From contig CAXIUT010000183.1 in the NCBI GenBank assembly GCA_964035545.1, positions 434,001 through 498,000 of the forward strand: a DNA stretch of 64,000 bases, read 5' to 3'. This document shows, piece after piece, positions 51,101-61,421 of this stretch (positions are counted from its first letter, which is position 1; the number at the start of each line of letters is the position of its first letter). A model generated the notes under the pieces. It was not told the DNA's origin. It worked only from the letters and a program-made list of their open reading frames with translations, and searched no databases. A program made the position numbers and the translations under genes. The stretch comes from Bugula neritina (taxonomy: Eukaryota > Animalia > Bryozoa).

Positions 51101-54100
51101 CTGTAACACACTGAAATATACTGCAACAAACTGAAATACACTGTAACATATTGAAATAAACTGCAACATACCAAAATATATGGTAAACTACTGAAATATA
51201 CTTTAACACATTGAAAAATACTGCAACATACTAAAATATACCGTAACACACTGCAAGATACTGCAACATACCGAAATACACTGTAACATACTGAAACACA
51301 CTGCAACATACTGCATTATACTGACATACACTGGAACATATTGAAATACACTGCAACACAATGAAATATACTGCAACATACCAAAATATATGGTAAACTA
51401 CTGAAATATACTTTAACACATTGAAAAATACTGCAACATACTAAAATATACCGTAACACACTGCAAGATACTGCAACATACCGAAATACACTGTAACATA
51501 CTGAAACACACTGCAACATACTGCATTATACTGACATACACTGGAACATATTGAAATACACTGCAACACAATGAAATATACTGCAACATACCGAAATACA
51601 CTGTAACATACTGAAACACACTGCAACATACTGCATTATACTGACATACACTGGAACATATTGAAATACACTGCAACACAATGAAATATACTGCAACATA
51701 CCAAAATATATGGTAAACTACTGAAATATACTTTAACACATTGAAAAATACTGCAACATACTGAAATATACTGTAACACACTGAAATATACTGCAACATA
51801 CTGAAATACACTGTAACATACTGAAATAAACAGTAACATACTGAAATACACTGCAACCTCCTACAACATACTGAAAAACACTGTAACATTGTGAAATACA
51901 CTGCAACACATTGAAAAATACTGCAACATACCGAAATATACGGTAAACTATTGAATTATACTGTAACACATTGAAAAATACTGAAACACACTGAAATATA
52001 CTCTGACACAATGCAATATACTGTAACATACTGAAATATGCTGTAGCACACTGAAATACACTGCAACTCACTGAAATATACTACAACATACTGAAAAACA
52101 CTGTAACATATTGAAACATACTGCAACATACTACAACATATTGAAAGACACTGCAACACATTGAAATATACTGCAACATACCTAAATATCCGGTAATATA
52201 CTGAAATATACTGTAACACATTGAAAAATACTACAACATACTGAAATACACTGTAACATGTTGAAATACACTGCAACACATTGAAATATACTGCAACCTA
52301 TAGAAATATATGGTAAACTACTGAAATATACTGTAACACATTGAAAAATACTGCAACATACTGAAACATACTGCGACACATTGCAATATACAGTAACATA
52401 CTGAAACATGCTGTAGCACACTGAAATAGACTGCAGCTCACTGAAATATACTGCAACATACTGAAATACACTGCTACATACTGAAATATACTGCAACATA
52501 CTGCAACATACTGAAATACACTGTAACATACTGAAATACACTGCAACAAACTACAACATATTGAAATACACTGCAACACATTGAAATATACTGCAACATA
52601 CCTAAATATACGGTAATATACCGAAAAAAAAACTGTAACAGATTGAAAAAATCTGCAACATACTGAAATATACTGTAACACACTGAAATATACTGCAACA
52701 TACTGAAATACACTGTAACATATTGAAACACACTGCAACAAACTACAACATATTGAAATACACTGCAACGCATTGAAAGACACTGCAACACATTGAAATA
52801 TACTGCAATATACCAATATATATGGTAAACTGCTGAAATATACTTTAACACATTGAAAAATACTGCAACATACTGAAATATACTGTAACACACTGAAATA
52901 TACTGCAACATACTGCAACAATCTGAAATACACTGTAACATACTGAAATACACTCCAACAAACTACAACATATTGAAATACACTGCAACACATTGAAATA
53001 TACTGCAACATACCTAAATATACTATAATATACTGAAATATACTGTAACACATTGAAAATTACTGCAACATACTGAAATATACTGCGACACTTTGCAATG
53101 TACTGTAACATACTGAAACATGCTGTAGCACACTGAAATACACTGCAACTCACTGAAATATACTGCAACATATTGAAATACACTGCAACATCCTACAACA
53201 TGCTAAAATACACGGTAACATATTGAAATACAGTACAACACGTTGAAATATACTGCAACATACCGGAATATATGGTAAAGTACTGAAATATACTGTAACA
53301 CACTGAAAAATACTGCAACATACTGAAATATACTGCGACACATTGCAATATACTGCAACATACCAAAATATATGGTAAACTACTGAAATATACTTTAACA
53401 CATTGAAAAATACTGCAACATACTGAAATATACTGTAACACACTGAAATATACTGCAACATACTGAAATACACTGTAACATACTGAAATAAACTGCAACA
53501 TACCAAAATATATGGTAAACTACTGAAATATACTTTAACACATTGAAAAATCCTGCAACATACTAAAACATACTGTAACACACTGCAAGATACTGCAACA
53601 TACTGAAATACACTGAAACATACTGAAATAAACTGCAACATACCAAAATATATGGTAAACTACTGAAATATACTGTAACACACTGAAAATTACTGCAGCA
53701 TACTGAAATATACTGTAACACACTGAAATATACTGCAACAAACTGAAATACACTGTAACATATTGAAATAAACTGCAACATACCAAAATATATGGTAAAC
53801 TACTGAAATATACTTTAACACATTGAAAAATACTGCAACATACTAAAATATACCGTAACACACTGCAAGATACTGCAACATACCGAAATACACTGTAACA
53901 TACTGAAACACACTGCAACATACTGCATTATACTGACATACACTGGAACATATTGAAATACACTGCAACACAATGAAATATACTGCAACATACCAAAATA
54001 TATGGTAAACTACTGAAATATACTTTAACACATTGAAAAATACTGCAACATACTGAAATATACTGTAACACACTGAAATATACTGCAACATACTGAAATA

Positions 54101-57100
54101 CACTGTAACATACTGAAATAAACAGTAACATACTGAAATACACTGCAACATCCTACAACATACTGAATTACACTGTAACATTGTGAAATACACTGCAACA
54201 CATTGAAAAATACTGCAACATACCGAAATATACGGTAAACTATTGAATTATACTGTAACACATTGAAAAATACTGAAACACACTGAAATATACTCTGACA
54301 CAATGCAATATACTGTAACATACTGAAATATGCTGTAGCACACTGAAATACACTGCAACTCACTGAAATATACTACAACATACTGAAAAACACTGTGACA
54401 TATTGAAACATACTGCAACATACTACAACATATTGAAAGACACTGCAACACATTGAAATATACTGCAACATACCTAAACATCCGGTAATATACTGAAATA
54501 TACTGTAACACATTGAAAAATACTACAACATACTGAAATACACTGTAACATATTGAAATACACTGCAACATACCAAAATATATGGTAAACTATTGAAATA
54601 TACTTTAACACATTGAAAAATACTGCAACATACTAAAATATACCGTAACACACTGCAAGATACTGCAACATACCGAAATACACTGTAACATACTGAAACA
54701 CACTGCAACATACTGCATTATACTGACATACACTGGAACATATTGAAATACACTGCAACACAATGAAATATACTGCAACATACCAAAATATATGGTAAAC
54801 TACTGAAATATACTTTAACACATTGAAAAATACTGCAACATACTAAAATATACTGTAACACACTGAAATATACTGCAACATACTGAAATACACTGTAACA
54901 TACTGAAATAAACAGTAACATACTGAAATACACTGCAACATCCTACAACATACTGAATTACACTGTAACATTGTGAAATACACTGCAACACATTGAAAAA
55001 TACTGCAACATACCGAAATATACGGTAAACTATTGAATTATACTGTAACACATTGAAAAATACTGAAACACACTGAAATATACTCTGACACAATGCAATA
55101 TACTGTAACATACTGAAATATGCTGTAGCACACTGAAATACACTGCAACTCACTGAAATATACTACAACATACTGAAAAACACTGTAACATATTGAAACA
55201 TACTGCAACATACTACAACATATTGAAAGACACTGCAACACATTGAAATATACTGCAACATACCTAAAGATCCGGTAATATACTGAAATATACTGTAACA
55301 CATTGAAAAATACTACAACATACTGAAATACACTGTAACATATTGAAATACACTGCAACACATTGAAATATACTGCAACCTATAGAAATATATGGTAAAC
55401 TACTGAAATATACTGTAACACATTGAAAAATACTGCAACATACTGAAACATACTGCGACACATTGCAATACACAGTAACATACTGAAACATGCTGTAGCA
55501 CACTGAAATAGACTGCAGCTCACTGAAATATACTGCAACATACTGAAATACACTGCTACATACTGAAATATACTGCAACATACTGCAACATACTGAAATA
55601 CACTGTAACATACTGAAATACACTGCAACAAACTACAACATATTGAAATACACTGCAACACATTGAAATATACTGCAACATACCTAAATATACGGTAATA
55701 TACCGAAAAAAAAACTGTAACAGATTGAAAAATTCTGCAACATACTGAAATAAACTGCAACACACTGAAATACAGCGCAAAATACTACAACATACTGAAA
55801 TACACTGTAACATATTGAAATACACTGCAACACTTTGAAATATACTGCAACATACCGAAATATATGGTAAACTACCAAAATATACTGTAACACTTTGAAA
55901 AATAGTGCAACACACTGAAATATACTCTGACACATTGCAATATACTGTAACATACTGAAATATGCTGTAGCACACTGAAATACATTGCAACTCACTGAAA
56001 TACACTGCAACATACTGAAATACACTGTAACATATTGAAAAATACTGCAACATACTGCAACATACTGAAATACACTGCAACATATTGAAAGACACTGCAA
56101 GACAATGAAATATACTGCAACATACTGAAATATACTGTAACACACTGAAATATACTGCAACATACTGAAATACACTGCTACATACTGAAATATACTGCAA
56201 CATACTGCAACATACTGAAATACACTGTAACATACTGAAATACACTGCAACAAACTACAACATATTGAAATACACTGCAACACATTGAAATATACTGCAA
56301 CATACCTAAATATACGGTAATATAGCGGAAAAAAACTGTAACAGATTGACAAATTCTGCAACATACCGAAATATACTGCGACACATTGCAATATACTGTA
56401 ACATACTGAAATATGCTCTAGCACACAGAAATACACTGCAACCCACTGAAATATACTGCAACATACGGAAATACACTGCAACACATTGAAATACACTGCA
56501 ACATACCAAAATAAATGGTAAACTACTGAAATATACTTTAACACATTGAAAAATACTGCAACATACTGAAGTATACTGTAACAAACTGAAATATACTGCA
56601 ACATACTGAAATACACTGTAACATATTGAAACACACTGCAACAAACTACAACATATTGAAATACACTGCAACGCATTGAAAGACACTGCAACACATTGAA
56701 ATATACTGCAATATACCAATATATATGGTAAACTGCTGAAATATACTTTAACACATTGAAAAATACTGCAACATACTGAAATATACTGTAACACACTGAA
56801 ATATACTGCAACATACTGCAACAATCTGAAATACACTGTAACATACTGAAATACACTGCAACAAACTACAACATATTGAAATACACTGCAACACATTGAA
56901 ATATACTGCAACATACCTAAATATACGGTAATATACCGAAAAAAAAACTGTAACAGATTGAAAAATTCTGCAACATACTGAAATAAACTGCTACACACTG
57001 AAATACACCGCAAAATACTACAACATACTGAAATACACTGTAACATATTGAAATACACTGCAACACTTTGAAATATACTGCAACATACCGAAATATATGT

Positions 57101-60100
57101 TAAACTACTAAAATATACTGTAACACTTTGAAAAACAGTGCAACATACTGAAATATACTGCGACACTTTGCAATGTACTGTATCATACTGAAATATGCTG
57201 TAGCACACTGAAATACACTGCAACTCACTGAAATATACTGCAACATATTGAAATACACTGCAACATCCTACAACATGCTAAAATACACGGTAACATATTG
57301 AAATACAGTACAACACGTTGAAATATACTGCAACATACCGGAATATATGGTAAAGTACTGAAATATACTGTAACACACTGAAAAATACTGCAACATACTG
57401 AAATATACTGCGACACATTGCAATATACTGCAACATACCAAAATATATGGTAAACTACTGAAATATACTTTAACACATTGAAAAATACTGCAACATAATG
57501 AAATATACTGTAACACACTGAAATATACTGCAACATACTGAAATACACTGTAACATACTGAAATAAACTGCAACATACCAAAATATATGGTAAACTACTG
57601 AAATATACTTTAACACATTGAAAAATCCTGCAACATACTAAAATATACTGTAACACACTGCAAGATACTGCAACATACTGAAATACACTGAAACATACTG
57701 AAATAAACTGCAACATACCAAAATACATGGTAAACTACTGAAATATACTGTAACACACTGAAAAATACTGCAACATACTGAAATATACTGCGACACATTG
57801 CAATATACTGCAACATACCAAAATATATGGTAAACTACTGAAATATACTTTAACACATTGAAAATTACTGCAACATACTGAAATATACTGTAACACACTG
57901 AAATATACTGCAACAAACTGAAATACACTGTAACATATTGAAATAAACTGCAACATACCAAAATATATGGTAAACTACTGAAATATACTTTAACACATTG
58001 AAAAATACTGCAACATACTAAAATATACCGTAACACACTGCAAGATACTGCAACATACCGAAATACACTGTAACATACTGAAACACACTGCAACATACTG
58101 CATTATACTGACATACACTGGAACATATTGAAATACACTGCAACACAATGAAATATACTGCAACATACCAAAATATATGGTAAACTACTGAAATATACTT
58201 TAACACATTGAAAAATACTGCAACATACTAAAATATACCGTAACACACTGCAAGATACTGCAACATACCGAAATACACTGTAACATACTGAAACACACTG
58301 CAACATACTGCATTATACTGACATACACTGGAACATATTGAAATACACTGCAACACAATGAAATATACTGCAACATACCGAAATACACTGTAACATACTG
58401 AAACACACTGCAACATACTGCATTATACTGACATACACTGGAACATATTGAAATACACTGCAACACAATGAAATATACTGCAACATACCAAAATATATGG
58501 TAAACTACTGAAATATACTTTAACACATTGAAAAATACTGCAACATACTGAAATATACTGTAACACACTGAAATATACTGCAACATACTGAAATACACTG
58601 TAACATACTGAAATAAACAGTAACATACTGAAATACACTGCAACATCCTACAACATACTGAAAAACACTGTAACATTGTGAAATACACTGCAACACATTG
58701 AAAAATACTGCAACATACCGAAATATACGGTAAACTATTGAATTATACTGTAACACATTGAAAAATACTGAAACACACTGAAATATACTCTGACACAATG
58801 CAATATACTGTAACATACTGAAATATGCTGTAGCACACTGAAATACACTGCAACTCACTGAAATATACTACAACATACTGAAAAACACTGTAACATATTG
58901 AAACATACTGCAACATACTACAACATATTGAAAGACACTGCAACACATTGAAATATACTGCAACATACCTAAATATCCGGTAATATACTGAAATATACTG
59001 TAACACATTGAAAAATACTACAACATACTGAAATACACTGTAACATGTTGAAATACACTGCAACACATTGAAATATACTGCAACCTATAGAAATATATGG
59101 TAAACTACTGAAATATACTGTAACACATTGAAAAATACTGCAACATACTGAAACATACTGCGACACATTGCAATATACAGTAACATACTGAAACATGCTG
59201 TAGCACACTGAAATAGACTGCAGCTCACTGAAATATACTGCAACATACTGAAATACACTGCTACATACTGAAATATACTGCAACATACTGCAACATACTG
59301 AAATACACTGTAACATACTGAAATACACTGCAACAAACTACAACATATTGAAATACACTGCAACACATTGAAACATACTGCAACATACCTAAATATACGG
59401 TAATATACCGAAAAAAAAACTGTAACAGATTGAAAAAATCTGCAACATACTGAAATATACTGTAACACACTGAAATATACTGCAACATACTGAAATACAC
59501 TGTAACATATTGAAACACACTGCAACAAACTACAACATATTGAAATACACTGCAACGCATTGAAAGACACTGCAACACATTGAAATATACTGCAATATAC
59601 CAATATATATGGTAAATTGCTGAAATATACTTTAACACATTGAAAAATACTGCAACATACTGAAATATACTGTAACACACTGAAATATACTGCAACATAC
59701 TGCAACAATCTGAAATACACTGTAACATACTGAAATACACTCCAACAAACTACAACATATTGAAATACACTGCAACACATTGAAATATACTGCAACATAC
59801 CTAAATATACGGTAATATACTGAAATATACTGTAACACATTGAAAATTACTGCAACATACTGAAATATACTGCGACACTTTGCAATGTACTGTAACATAC
59901 TGAAACATGCTGTAGAACACTGAAATACACTGCAACTCACTGAAATATACTGCAACATATTGAAATACACTGCAACATCCTACAACATGCTAAAATACAC
60001 GGTAACATATTGAAATACAGTACAACACGTTGAAATATACTGCAACATACCGGAATATATGGTAAAGTACTGAAATATACTGTAACACACTGAAAAATAC

Positions 60101-61421
60101 TGCAACATACTGAAATATACTGCGACACATTGCAATATACTGCAACATACCAAAATATATGGTAAACTACTGAAATATACTTTAACACATTGAAAAATAC
60201 TGCAACATACTGAAATATACTGTAACACACTGAAATATACTGCAACATACTGAAATACACTGTAACATACTGAAATAAACTGCAACATACCAAAATATAT
60301 GGTAAACTACTGAAATATACTTTAACACATTGAAAAATCCTGCAACATACTAAAACATACTGTAACACACTGCAAGATACTGCAACATACTGAAATACAC
60401 TGAAACATACTGAAATAAACTGCAACATACCAAAATATATGGTAAACTACTGAAATATACTGTAACACACTGAAAATTACTGCAGCATACTGAAATATAC
60501 TGTAACACACTGAAATATACTGCAACAAACTGAAATACACTGTAACATATTGAAATAAACTGCAACATACCAAAATATATGGTAAACTACTGAAATATAC
60601 TTTAACACATTGAAAAATACTGCAACATACTAAAATATACCGTAACACACTGCAAGATACTGCAACATACCGAAATACACTGTAACATACTGAAACACAC
60701 TGCAACATACTGCATTATACTGACATACACTGGAACATATTGAAATACACTGCAACACAATGAAATATACTGCAACATACCAAAATATATGGTAAACTAC
60801 TGAAATATACTTTAACACATTGAAAAATACTGCAACATACTGAAATATACTGTAACACACTGAAATATACTGCAACATACTGAAATACACTGTAACATAC
60901 TGAAATAAACAGTAACATACTGAAATACACTGCAACATCCTACAACATACTGAATTACACTGTAACATTGTGAAATACACTGCAACACATTGAAAAATAC
61001 TGCAACATACCGAAATATACGGTAAACTATTGAATTATACTGTAACACATTGAAAAATACTGAAACACACTGAAATATACTCTGACACAATGCAATATAC
61101 TGTAACATACTGAAATATGCTGTAGCACACTGAAATACACTGCAACTCACTGAAATATACTACAACATACTGAAAAACACTGTAACATATTGAAACATAC
61201 TGCAACATACTACAACATATTGAAAGACACTGCAACACATTGAAATATACTGCAACATACCTAAACATCCGGTAATATACTGAAATATACTGTAACACAT
61301 TGAAAAATACTACAACATACTGAAATACACTGTAACATATTGAAATACACTGCAACATACCAAAATATATGGTAAACTATTGAAATATACTTTAACACAT
61401 TGAAAAATACTGCAACATACT
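48155..61421 (+). repeat. Tandem duplication of about 6.4-6.8 kb (offset 6407, then 6787 after a 380-bp indel)
   Basis: ORF pairs 48226/54633, 49149/55556 and 50818/57225 (offset 6407), then 51231/58018, 52298/59085 and 54248/61035 (offset 6787); shared private variant CCTAAAGATCCGG (G at 48862/55269). Confidence 0.9.
51171..51700 (+). repeat. Nested 210-bp and 110-bp tandem duplications of the CATTATACTGACATACACTGGAAC module (also at about 57951-58490 and 62231-62760)
   Basis: CTGCATTATACTGACATACACTGGAACATA at 51311, 51521 (+210) and 51631 (+110). Confidence 0.88.
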
